A stretch of 64,000 nt of DNA. Origin: Terriglobia bacterium. GTDB taxonomy: Bacteria; Acidobacteriota; Terriglobia; Terriglobales; Acidobacteriaceae. Shown piece by piece: positions 9,058 to 17,610 of this stretch; positions within the stretch are counted from its first letter, which is position 1, and each line of letters starts with the position of its first letter. The stretch is from the NCBI GenBank assembly GCA_020073395.1, contig JAIQFF010000006.1, forward strand, positions 5,431 through 69,430, read 5' to 3'. Position numbers and translations under genes: made by a program. The notes under the pieces were generated by a model that worked only from the letters and a program-made list of their open reading frames with translations, ran no database searches and was not told the DNA's origin.

Positions 9058-12000
9058 ATGAGATGCGCCGAGTCCAGGTGCGACCGCCAGACGTCTTTCG
9101 CTTCCAGGACGTGGTTGATCGCCATCCGGCGCGCCGTGCTTCTCCTGCTGCTCGCCGTCAGCGCGCTGGGGCAGGACGTGGCCGTGCCCCCCAGTTTCTC
9201 GATTACCGGCGTGGTGAAATCGGGTAACACGCCAATCCCAGGCGCAACCGTAAGCGCAACTAACTCTTCCAACGAAACCAAGACTACAACTTCCACGGAT
9301 ACGAATGGTACCTACAGGCTTCAGGTTGCCGCCCCGGGGAAGTATCAGCTGCGAGTTGAGATGCCCGCATTCGCGCCGAGTACGGGGGAAATTGTCCTGG
9401 GTGAGGCAAGCAGTCGCGCCGACCTTGAATTGACGTTGCTCTCGCGGACGCAACAAGCTGAACGCGCCCAGCAGCGACCGGCAACGGCCAGAGCCGGTCG
9501 AGGATTTCAGAGCCTGTCGGTCTTGCAAGGACTGGCCAGCACTGAAGCCAGCAACGGCAGCGGCGCGGACCAGATTGTGCCTGCCGGAATGCCGATCCCG
9601 GGCGTGGCCGCGGACGCTGCTACAGAATCGGTTTCGTTTTCCGGTAGCAACTCAAGCGTGGGCATGTTCGGCATGAGCACCGACGAACTGGAGCAGAGGA
9701 TGCGCGAAGGCCGCGAAGAAGGCGGATTGGGTGGTGGCCCGGGCGGTGGTGGCCCGGGCGGTGGTGGCCCGGGCGGTGGTCTTCCGGGTGGAGGCGGTCC
9801 TGGTGGCAGGTTCGGCGGCTTTGGCGGCGGAGGAGGACGAGGCGGCCCCATGGTCCTGGGCGGGGGGAGAGGCAGATTTGACGTCAATCGACCACACGGT
9901 TCGGCCTTTTACTCAATCGGCGATTCTGCCCTGGATGCCGCGCCTTATGCTCTCAGCAATAGTTCGGTGGACAAAGCCAGCTACACGCGGCAGCGCTTCG
10001 GCGCCTCGCTGGGCGGGCCGCTGAACATCCCGGGAATCTACAAGGGCGGTAGCAAGACTTTTTTCTTTGCGAACTACACCGGCTCACGCGGCGATTCGCC
10101 CTATGACGCTTTTTCCTTTGTGCCCACCGTCGTTGAACGCGGCGGCGTTTTTTCCGGAGTAGCGGGAGTTCAGCTGATCAATCCCAACAACGGGCAGCCC
10201 ATCCCGGGCAACAATTTGCAAAACGCCGGGCTGACCATCAATCCTGCTGCGCAAGGGCTCTTGCAGTACATCCCGTTGCCCAACGTAAACAACACGGCTC
10301 CTGACGCGCCGAACTTTCATTTTGTGACATCGACGCTCAACGATAGCGACGATTTGAATATCCGCCTGAACCAGTCCCTGGGCGCCGCCAGCAACGGCCG
10401 CGGCCGGGGACAGCGCGGCCCGCGAAATAATTTGAATTTCGGCTTTCACTACCACGCCGCCAGTGCGAACCTGACCAATCCTTTTCCCAGCGTGGGCGGC
10501 CATACCAGCACCCGCAGCTTCGACGTGCCCATCGGGTACGTCCGGACCTTTGGCAAAGTGATCAACAATGCGCGCCTCGACTTCAATCGCTCCCGTATCA
10601 GCACGCAAAACCTCTACGCCTTTAACCAGGACATCACTGGAGATCTCGGCATAACGGGCGTCTCTACCAACCCCTTTGACTGGGGCCTGCCCAACCTCTC
10701 GTTCACTCACTTCGGCAGCCTGAACGATACCAACCCGCAATTGCTACGCAACCAGACCTGGACGTTTTCTGACAGCCTGATCTACCGCCGCGGAAAGCAC
10801 ACCTGGCGCTGGGGCGGGGATTTCCGGCGCATTCAGGTGAACACCCAGACCGACAGCAATGCCCGCGGGACTTTCACCTTTACCGGTGTGAACTCAGGTT
10901 ACGACTTTTCCGACTTTCTGCTGGGGCTGCCGCAGTTGACTTCGGTGCAGTTTGGTAACAACAGCTATCATTTTCGCGGCAATTCCTGGGACCTGTTCGT
11001 GCAGGATGAGTGGCGACTGCGCGGCAACCTTACATTGAATCTGGGTGTGCGCTACGAATACATCTCGCCGTTTTCCGAACTGAACGATCGCATTGTGAAT
11101 CTGGACTTGCCGGTGGGCTTTATCTCGCCACCCGTCCCCGTGCAGGTGGGCGAGACCGGGCCGTACAACGGCCAGCTTCCCGTGACCCTGGTGCGCCCCG
11201 ACCGCAATAATTTCGCGCCGCGCCTCGGCCTGGCCTGGAAACCGCTGCGCAACACGGTGGTGCGTGCGGGATATGGCATCAACTACAACACCAGCGCCTA
11301 TCAAAGCATTGTGCAGAACATGGCCTTCCAGCCGCCGTTTTCAACCACGGCGACGGCCACGCAATCGGCGACCACCCAACTCACTCTGCAGGATGGATTT
11401 CCACCCGTCCCTCCCGGTTCCATTACCAACAATTTTGGCGTAGACCCCAATTACCGCCTGGGCTATGTGCAGATCTGGAATGTCGACATTCAACAGCAGA
11501 TTCGGCCCACACTGATCATGAACCTTGACTACACCGGAACCAAAGGCACACGGCTCGACATCCTGGAAGCCCCGAACCGCACCGAGACCGGCGTGCTCTT
11601 TCCCGGGGTGCAGCCGTTTTACTGGGAAGACTCGGTGGGAGATTCGACCGCTAACGCATTGTCAGTCCGCGTCCGCAAACGGCTGCAGGCGGGCTTTTCG
11701 ATTGGCGGCCGCTACACTTTCTCGAAGTCGCTCGATAATGCCTCCACCATCGGAAGCGGCGAGCCCCTGGTCGCGCAGGGCGCGGGACGCACCGCAGTTT
11801 CCGGCACCACCAACGTGGCGCAGAATGCTTTCGACCTTGCCGCCGAGCGGGGCTTGTCCAGCTTCGATCAGCGGCACAGTTTCACCGCTGACTATCTGTG
11901 GGAGCTTCCCTTCGGCCACGACCGGCGCTGGCTCACGGGCAACAGCCCGTTGCGGGCCATCTTCGGAGACTGGAATTGGAGCGGCGACTGGACCATCGCT

Positions 12001-12411
12001 TCGGGGCTGCCCTTCACTCCCCGCATCCTCGGCGACCGGTTGGATGTGAGCCGCGGCACCAACGGCACGGTGCGAGCTGATGTGGTGCCGGGGCAGTCCG
12101 TCAGCCTGCCAAATCCGTCCATCGAAGAGTGGTTCAACACAGCTGCGTTCGTGGCTCCGGCAGGCGCGTTTGGCGATGCGCGCCGCAATAGTATCGAAGG
12201 ACCAGGCAGCCGGAAGGTCGATATGGCATTCACCAAGATTTTTCCCCTCAGCGAAACACGCTTCCTGGAGTTTCGAGCACAGTTCTCGAATATTTTCAAT
12301 ACTCCCCAATATGTTGGGATCGATACAGTCGTGAACTCGCCCACCTACGGCCGGGTGATTTCGGTGGGCGCGATGCGTTCCCTGCAACTGACTGCGAGGT
12401 TCAGATTCTGA
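9058..12411 (+). CDS. Giant outer-membrane receptor-like protein (CarboxypepD_reg-like N-domain + TonB-dependent-receptor-type barrel)
   Basis: 1117 aa with a signal peptide, an ITGVVKSGNTPIPGATVSATN...TDTNGTYRL Ig-like domain, a Gly-rich linker, a long beta-rich region and a terminal ...LQLTARFRF. I did not see a clear TonB box. Confidence 0.8.
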   Translation: MRCAESRCDRQTSFASRTWLIAIRRAVLLLLLAVSALGQDVAVPPSFSITGVVKSGNTPIPGATVSATNSSNETKTTTSTDTNGTYRLQVAAPGKYQLRVEMPAFAPSTGEIVLGEASSRADLELTLLSRTQQAERAQQRPATARAGRGFQSLSVLQGLASTEASNGSGADQIVPAGMPIPGVAADAATESVSFSGSNSSVGMFGMSTDELEQRMREGREEGGLGGGPGGGGPGGGGPGGGLPGGGGPGGRFGGFGGGGGRGGPMVLGGGRGRFDVNRPHGSAFYSIGDSALDAAPYALSNSSVDKASYTRQRFGASLGGPLNIPGIYKGGSKTFFFANYTGSRGDSPYDAFSFVPTVVERGGVFSGVAGVQLINPNNGQPIPGNNLQNAGLTINPAAQGLLQYIPLPNVNNTAPDAPNFHFVTSTLNDSDDLNIRLNQSLGAASNGRGRGQRGPRNNLNFGFHYHAASANLTNPFPSVGGHTSTRSFDVPIGYVRTFGKVINNARLDFNRSRISTQNLYAFNQDITGDLGITGVSTNPFDWGLPNLSFTHFGSLNDTNPQLLRNQTWTFSDSLIYRRGKHTWRWGGDFRRIQVNTQTDSNARGTFTFTGVNSGYDFSDFLLGLPQLTSVQFGNNSYHFRGNSWDLFVQDEWRLRGNLTLNLGVRYEYISPFSELNDRIVNLDLPVGFISPPVPVQVGETGPYNGQLPVTLVRPDRNNFAPRLGLAWKPLRNTVVRAGYGINYNTSAYQSIVQNMAFQPPFSTTATATQSATTQLTLQDGFPPVPPGSITNNFGVDPNYRLGYVQIWNVDIQQQIRPTLIMNLDYTGTKGTRLDILEAPNRTETGVLFPGVQPFYWEDSVGDSTANALSVRVRKRLQAGFSIGGRYTFSKSLDNASTIGSGEPLVAQGAGRTAVSGTTNVAQNAFDLAAERGLSSFDQRHSFTADYLWELPFGHDRRWLTGNSPLRAIFGDWNWSGDWTIASGLPFTPRILGDRLDVSRGTNGTVRADVVPGQSVSLPNPSIEEWFNTAAFVAPAGAFGDARRNSIEGPGSRKVDMAFTKIFPLSETRFLEFRAQFSNIFNTPQYVGIDTVVNSPTYGRVISVGAMRSLQLTARFRF
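9731..9780 (+). repeat. Perfect 15-bp tandem repeat (3.3 copies) inside the OMP gene
   Basis: GTGGTGGCCCGGGCG occurs three times and is followed by GTGGT. It encodes (GGGPG)n within GGLGGGPGGGGPGGGGPGGGLPGGGGPGG. Confidence 0.95.
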
Positions 12412-14534
12412 TGCGCATGGCCACCAATTGCGGGCACAGGTTCTTCCAGAAGACGGGCGAGGACGCCCGTCGCTCCATCCTCGCGTCTCTGCTGGTAGTC
12501 GTGATGCTGTGCACCGGCGTTACTTCGCAGGAATCGTCCAGCGAGTACACCTTCCGCTCCAAGACTGAACTGGTGCTGGTGAATGTGACCGTGCGCGACA
12601 AGAACGGCAATACGGTGCGCGACTTGAGGCGCGAAGACTTTACCCTTCTCGAAGATAACAGGCCGCAGCAGGTGCTCTCTTTCGATCTGGAAAATACCGA
12701 TGCCGTGCTTTCAACTGCCGCCACCGAAGCGCCGTTGCTTCGCCCGGTTCAACCGCAGACCACAGACGCGACCGCCACCCTCGCAACCCGCCCGCTGAAA
12801 GACCGGCGGCTGATCATCCTGTTTTTTGATCTCAGCTCCATGCAACCGGGTGAAGTTGACCAGGCGACGACCGCGGCCCAGAACTATGTGGACAAGCAGA
12901 TGGTGGCCGCCGACCTGGTGGCCGTGGTCTCGCTGGGCAGCACGCTAAGCGTGAATCAGGATTTCACTTCCGATCGGGCGCTGCTGAAGAAAGCGCTGCA
13001 GGCCTTCAATCTTGGCTCCGGCGCGGGCTTCGAAGAAGGCAGCACGGGCACAACCGAAGGCACATCCGAAACCGGCGGGTCGTTCACCGTGGACGACACC
13101 GAGTACAACATCTTCAACACCGATCGCCGGCTGCAGGCCCTGCGCTCGATCGCCGACAAGCTGGGGACGATCAATGAAAAGAAATCTCTGATCTATTTCT
13201 CCAGCGGCATGGACCGCACCGGCATCGAGAACCAGTCGCAGCTGCGTTCCGCGACCAACGCCGCAGTGCGGGCCAATATGGCCATTTACACCATGGATAT
13301 TCGCGGCCTGCAGGCCCTGGTGCCAGGCGGCGAAGCCCAGAATGCCAGCTTGCGCGGGACTTCACCTTACTCCGGGAAGTCCGTGGCCGGCCAGTTCGAT
13401 TCCAATGCCACCACCCAGGAAACGCTGGTCACCCTGGCTGGCGACACCGGCGGGCGCGCATTTCTCGACTCGAACGATTTTGGCAGGGTGTTTACCGGCG
13501 TGCAGCAGGACACTTCGCTGTACTACCTTCTGGGGTATCACAGCACGAATTCGGCGCGGGACGGGCGCTTCCGGCGGATCACCGTCAGGGTCAACCGGCC
13601 CGGTGTCAAGATCGACTTCCGCCGCGGCTACTACGCTCCCGCCGACTTCCAGCATTCCACCCGCGACGATCGCGAACGCCAGCTGGACGAAGAGCTGGCC
13701 TCAGATCTCCCGACCACCGATTTGCCGGTATATTTGTCCGCCGCCTACTTCCGCATCGCTGACCGCAAATTTTATGTGCCCGTGTCAGTGGTCGTGCCCG
13801 GTTCCCAGATTCCTTTCACCCACAACAACGACCAGGACCGCGCCACGCTGGATGTTCTGGGCATCGTGACCGATCCGGAGAAGCGTCCGGTGGGTCAGAT
13901 ACGGGACACGGTCAAGCTGGCGCTGAACACATCGCAGCTGGTAGAACGCAAGAACGTGCAATACAACAGCGGTTTCGTCCTGCCACCCGGCACCTATCAT
14001 CTCAAGTTTGTGGTGCGCGAGAACCAGAGCGGGCGACTGGGCTCATTCGAAACCGATCTCACCGTACCCGACCTGAAATCGGTCCCGGTAAAGATGAGTT
14101 CGATTGTGCTGGCAAACCAGTTGCAGCCGGCCGGCAAGCACAAGAGCGACAACCCGCTGGTGCGCGATGGGTCAGAGGTAATTCCCAGCGTCACTCATGT
14201 GTTCTCCGCCGGCCAGCACCTGTACTTCTACTACGAGGTCTATGACCCGGCGCATGGGGCCACAAATACCAACGCGCCCGCGAATGATCGCAGCAGTCCG
14301 GCCATCCGCCTGCTGACCAATGTCGCGTTCTTCCGCGGAAATACCAAGGCGTATGAGACTCCGCTAGTCGAGAGCGAGCAACTGAATGCGCCCGACCGCA
14401 AGGCTGCGGTTTTCCAGCTTGACGTGCCGCTTACCCAGCTCAAACCCGGTTTCTACACCTGCCAGGTCAATGTGATTGACGATGCCGCCGGACAGTTCCG
14501 CTTCCCGCGCGTGGCATTATTAGTACGCCAATAG
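12411..14534 (+). CDS. VWA-domain protein of the acidobacterial VWFA-related family (TIGR03436-like)
   Basis: The block FRSKTELVLVNVTVRDKNGNTVRDLRREDFTLLEDNRPQQV is typical of this family, followed by VWA-like LIILFFDLSSM / SLIYFSSG motifs. The start overlaps the stop of the OMP gene (TGATG). Confidence 0.8.
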   Translation: MRMATNCGHRFFQKTGEDARRSILASLLVVVMLCTGVTSQESSSEYTFRSKTELVLVNVTVRDKNGNTVRDLRREDFTLLEDNRPQQVLSFDLENTDAVLSTAATEAPLLRPVQPQTTDATATLATRPLKDRRLIILFFDLSSMQPGEVDQATTAAQNYVDKQMVAADLVAVVSLGSTLSVNQDFTSDRALLKKALQAFNLGSGAGFEEGSTGTTEGTSETGGSFTVDDTEYNIFNTDRRLQALRSIADKLGTINEKKSLIYFSSGMDRTGIENQSQLRSATNAAVRANMAIYTMDIRGLQALVPGGEAQNASLRGTSPYSGKSVAGQFDSNATTQETLVTLAGDTGGRAFLDSNDFGRVFTGVQQDTSLYYLLGYHSTNSARDGRFRRITVRVNRPGVKIDFRRGYYAPADFQHSTRDDRERQLDEELASDLPTTDLPVYLSAAYFRIADRKFYVPVSVVVPGSQIPFTHNNDQDRATLDVLGIVTDPEKRPVGQIRDTVKLALNTSQLVERKNVQYNSGFVLPPGTYHLKFVVRENQSGRLGSFETDLTVPDLKSVPVKMSSIVLANQLQPAGKHKSDNPLVRDGSEVIPSVTHVFSAGQHLYFYYEVYDPAHGATNTNAPANDRSSPAIRLLTNVAFFRGNTKAYETPLVESEQLNAPDRKAAVFQLDVPLTQLKPGFYTCQVNVIDDAAGQFRFPRVALLVRQ

Positions 14535-14620
14535 GCTAGAAAGCTGGGTAACTTCGCCCATCCACTCCCTTTCGTAATCTCCTCCCTGGCCAAGGGCAAG
14601 CACCATACTTCCCTTTTAAC

Positions 14621-15097
14621 ATGACTTACCCGCCCCCATTGCTCGCATCCCGAGCCCCGCGCATCCGAACTGCCGAATACACTCCTGCGGTACTTCGCTT
14701 CCCCAGCGGCAGCTGCGTGACAGGCAGGTTGGAGGTTTTCTCCTCCACCGGCGGTCTTCTCTGCTTGCCGAAACCTGTGATTCGGGGCACCCGCATCAAG
14801 GTAATGTTCCTGACCCAAAATGGACCGGTGCTGGGCGCGGCAGAGATGTTGACCCCTGTCTCATGGACGCAGCAGCCTTTCCGTTTCGTGACGCTCGCTT
14901 ACGGGGACCAACGCAGACTGCAGGCGGTCACTGGGTGCTCCCCGCGACCGGAAATTCCCGCTCCGGAGCATACCAGTCCGGCACCTAACGCAGAACCGGA
15001 TTGGATCGACAAATACCGAGCGGCAATGAACTGCAACCCACCACGCAGACGGCTCCTTGAGAAAATGCTTGACGCGCTGATGCCGGGCACAAAATAA
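14621..15097 (+). CDS. Hypothetical protein, weak PilZ-like pattern
   Basis: An RAPRIRTAEY...LEVFSSTGGLLCL arrangement resembles the PilZ RxxxR ... (D/N)xSxxG motif, but both motifs are degenerate. Confidence 0.3.
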   Translation: MTYPPPLLASRAPRIRTAEYTPAVLRFPSGSCVTGRLEVFSSTGGLLCLPKPVIRGTRIKVMFLTQNGPVLGAAEMLTPVSWTQQPFRFVTLAYGDQRRLQAVTGCSPRPEIPAPEHTSPAPNAEPDWIDKYRAAMNCNPPRRRLLEKMLDALMPGTK

Positions 15098-15205
15098 CAG
15101 ACTCAAATTCTGGACTGGAAAGCGCCGCGGCCCGCCTTCACGGGATGTCCCGCCCTGGCGCGCGCTGAGATTGGAGTTTTTCTGGGAAGATCAGGGGGGC
15201 CGGGT

Positions 15206-15230
15206 TATAATGTTGCATACCAGTTGCAAT
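15206..15230 (+). promoter_or_regulatory. TATAAT -10-like box followed directly by a candidate operator, upstream of the Fur-family gene
   Basis: TATAAT at 15206-15211, then GTTGCATACCAGTTGCAAT at 15212-15230, AAGGA at 15231 and the ATG at 15244. Confidence 0.45.
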
Positions 15231-15243
15231 AAGGATCGCCCCC

Positions 15244-15708
15244 ATGCCATTACCCGAAACCGAGATTCCCGGACGTCTCCAGGCTGAACTGATGTCACGT
15301 GGGCTGCGCATGACCCGCCAGCGCCGCACCATTCTCAGCGTGGTGGAAACCGCGAAACAGCACCTTGATGCCAGCCAGTTGCTGCGGCGCGCTCGCCGGC
15401 TGGACCCGCAGATTGACCGGGTCACGGTTTACCGCACCCTCGGACTGCTCAAGCGTCACGGACTGATTGACGAACTCGACCTCATGCATATGCAGGGCGA
15501 GAAGCATTTCTACGAACGCCGCCCGCAGCGGGACCACATCCACATGGCGTGTCTGCGCTGCGGCAAGATTACGGAATTCGAAAGTGATCTCTTTGATCGA
15601 TTGAAGGGGCAAATCCAGAGAGATTGCCGCTTCCATATCGTGGTCACCCGGCTTGAGGTCGGTGGTTACTGCGCGCAGTGCCGCACCACGGATCAACCCA
15701 AGGACTAA
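15244..15708 (+). CDS. Fur-family metalloregulator (Fur/Zur/PerR type not resolved)
   Basis: RMTRQRRTILSVVE..., the winged-helix segment RVTVYRTLGLLKRHGLI, DHIHMACLRCGKITEF and a C-terminal CAQC (two CxxC pairs). Confidence 0.85.
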   Translation: MPLPETEIPGRLQAELMSRGLRMTRQRRTILSVVETAKQHLDASQLLRRARRLDPQIDRVTVYRTLGLLKRHGLIDELDLMHMQGEKHFYERRPQRDHIHMACLRCGKITEFESDLFDRLKGQIQRDCRFHIVVTRLEVGGYCAQCRTTDQPKD

Positions 15709-15807
15709 GCCCCTGTTGCCGTGCTGCCCGTGCTTTTGCGAAGGCGTCCGCTCCCCCTGTTCCCCATGCCTTTCCATGCGCTCATCCTCCGCTTCAAGAA
15801 CGCCGCC

Positions 15808-15836
15808 GTTGCATCTAGTTGCAACCGGGATGCAAC
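15808..15836 (+). promoter_or_regulatory. Candidate operator array (three phased TTGCA arms)
   Basis: The sequence is GTTGCATCTAGTTGCAACCGGGATGCAAC. The 19-mer at 15818-15836 matches 15899-15917 at 17 of 19 positions. Confidence 0.45.
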
Positions 15837-15898
15837 AGAAAATCTGAGCGATGATTGACCCGTCCAAGAGCGACCGCTTAGAGTCATGAAGGTCCTAA

Positions 15899-15917
15899 GT
15901 TGCAACCGGTTTGCAAC
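15899..15917 (+). promoter_or_regulatory. Candidate operator 22 nt upstream of the OMP start
   Basis: GTTGCAACCGGTTTGCAAC has the same arms as 15212-15230 and 15818-15836. Confidence 0.45.
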
Positions 15918-15939
15918 TACGGACGGCCTAATCCCCTCT

Positions 15940-16797
15940 ATGAGACCAGTCGTGGTTCTCTGTCTGTTTGTCGCGGTTTTCATTGGCGCCTCCCGGGCGC
16001 AGGAACGGCCCTACTTCGTCACCTATTCTCATGAAATGGAAGAGCCGGGGAATCTCGAAATCGAGTTCTTCAGCGTGCTGGGAAAGCCGCCAGCCGGAAA
16101 CCGGTTTATTGGCAGCAATATTGAGTTCGAGTATGGCGTCACCGCCTGGTGGACGTCAGAGTTTTATCTCGACGGCCAGATAACGCAGCACGACAGCACC
16201 ATCTTTACCGGCTACCGTTGGGAAAACCGCTTTCGCCCTTTGTTGCGTGAACACTGGATCAATCCCGTGATCTACATCGAATTTGAAAATACCAGCGCGG
16301 ACAAAGCCCTGCGCGAAGTAGTCGGCCACGACGGCAGGGATGATTTTCTCGAGTCCAATGCGGCGGCCCGGCAGGACAAAGAAAGAGAACTGGAGCTCAA
16401 GCTGATTCTGGGCAGCAACTATCACGGATGGAACATCAGCGAAAACATCATCGCGGAGAAGAATCTTTCCAACGAGCCTTGGGAATTTGGATACGCCGTA
16501 GCCGCAAGCCGTCCGTTGAGCCTGGCGGCGAGCGCTCACAACTGCACGTTCTGCGGCGAGAAATTTCAAGCTGGAGCTGAGATGTATGGCGGGTTGGGAG
16601 ACCGCTACAGCTTTGGCACACACCTGACATCGCACTATCTGGGTCCTTTGATCAACTGGGAAGGGCCTAACGGGATGACGCTCTCGTTCTCTCCCCAGTT
16701 TGGGTTGAACAACTACAGCATTCCGCGCTTGTACCGCTTTGGAGTTTCCTACGAGATCGACCAGCTCTTCAGCCGATTTCATCGGGGTGCCCCATGA
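15940..16797 (+). CDS. Hypothetical secreted / outer-membrane protein
   Basis: The internal ATG at 15940 yields the signal peptide MRPVVVLCLFVAVFIGASRAQE. The sequence is beta-rich and aromatic-rich. The 3' end overlaps the cytochrome c gene by 4 nt. Confidence 0.6.
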   Translation: MRPVVVLCLFVAVFIGASRAQERPYFVTYSHEMEEPGNLEIEFFSVLGKPPAGNRFIGSNIEFEYGVTAWWTSEFYLDGQITQHDSTIFTGYRWENRFRPLLREHWINPVIYIEFENTSADKALREVVGHDGRDDFLESNAAARQDKERELELKLILGSNYHGWNISENIIAEKNLSNEPWEFGYAVAASRPLSLAASAHNCTFCGEKFQAGAEMYGGLGDRYSFGTHLTSHYLGPLINWEGPNGMTLSFSPQFGLNNYSIPRLYRFGVSYEIDQLFSRFHRGAP

Positions 16798-17177
16798 TTC
16801 GCCGATTGTCGCTCGCGCTTGTGCTGGTTCTGGCCCCGGCCGCAGTTATGTTCGGCGCCGCCGACGGCAGCTGGATGAGGAACGTACCCGCACGCGATCA
16901 CGAAAAGGTCAGCCCCTATGGCGGCCAGGACGACGCCATCGCCGCCGGGCGCAGGATTTTCGTGGATCGTTGTTCGCACTGTCATGGTGAGGATGCCGAA
17001 GGAACGAAGAAACGTCCGCCATTGAAGAGTGAACGAGTGCAGCACCAGGCCACTGAAGGCGATCTGCACTGGCTGCTGGTAAACGGAAACATGAAAAAAG
17101 GCATGCCTTCATGGGCGAGGTTGCCGGATCAGCAGCTTTGGCAGGTGATCTCTTACCTGAAATCTCTGCGCCAATAA
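16794..17177 (+). CDS. Small periplasmic c-type cytochrome (class I)
   Basis: Signal peptide, a single CSHCH heme motif and a distal GMPSW Met-ligand block. Confidence 0.85.
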   Translation: MIRRLSLALVLVLAPAAVMFGAADGSWMRNVPARDHEKVSPYGGQDDAIAAGRRIFVDRCSHCHGEDAEGTKKRPPLKSERVQHQATEGDLHWLLVNGNMKKGMPSWARLPDQQLWQVISYLKSLRQ

Positions 17178-17484
17178 ATAATGGTTGAGTGATTCACGAC
17201 CGAGATCTCATCGTGCCTCGGCGGCACTGAGACCTCGGATCCGCCTTAACATCCTCCCTTAGCGCCAGACGCGTACAGTGTTTCCCGTATTGACGCCAAT
17301 CGGTAGAGTTATAAAGTGTTTGCGACGTCATCCTCCTCCGCCAGCCTTAACCCTGGTAAATCAACCGCTTTCTGCAATCTGGGCCCGGCGTAGGGCGCTC
17401 CAGGGCCACCTGATCAGGCCCGCAGAGCCAGCGCGAATCGCGGCGGTTCCCACTGTGCTCTAACGGTCTGGATCGGAACTTCAT

Positions 17485-17539
17485 TTACAAAATGTAAAGT
17501 ATTGTAAAAGCGGAAGATAAGTCGCAACCGGGATATAAT
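17485..17539 (+). promoter_or_regulatory. AT-rich island with a palindrome and a TATAAT box upstream of the RND operon
   Basis: TTACAAAATGTAA (17485-17497, TTACA/TGTAA inverted repeat), TTGTAA at 17502 and GTCGCAACCGGGATATAAT (17521-17539) with TATAAT at 17534. This is the only AT-rich patch in a 430-bp intergenic region. Confidence 0.35.
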
Positions 17540-17610
17540 TTTTGGAGTCAAATGCTTACGGTTTGTTGCGTCGCTGAGAGAATGGGAGCGGCGTTCGGGG
17601 GAGCGACAGA

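Noticed and set aside
17278-17463. 61-aa ORF in the mdtA upstream region.
   Set aside because: No RBS, no motifs and Arg/Pro-rich composition, so it is probably non-coding leader.
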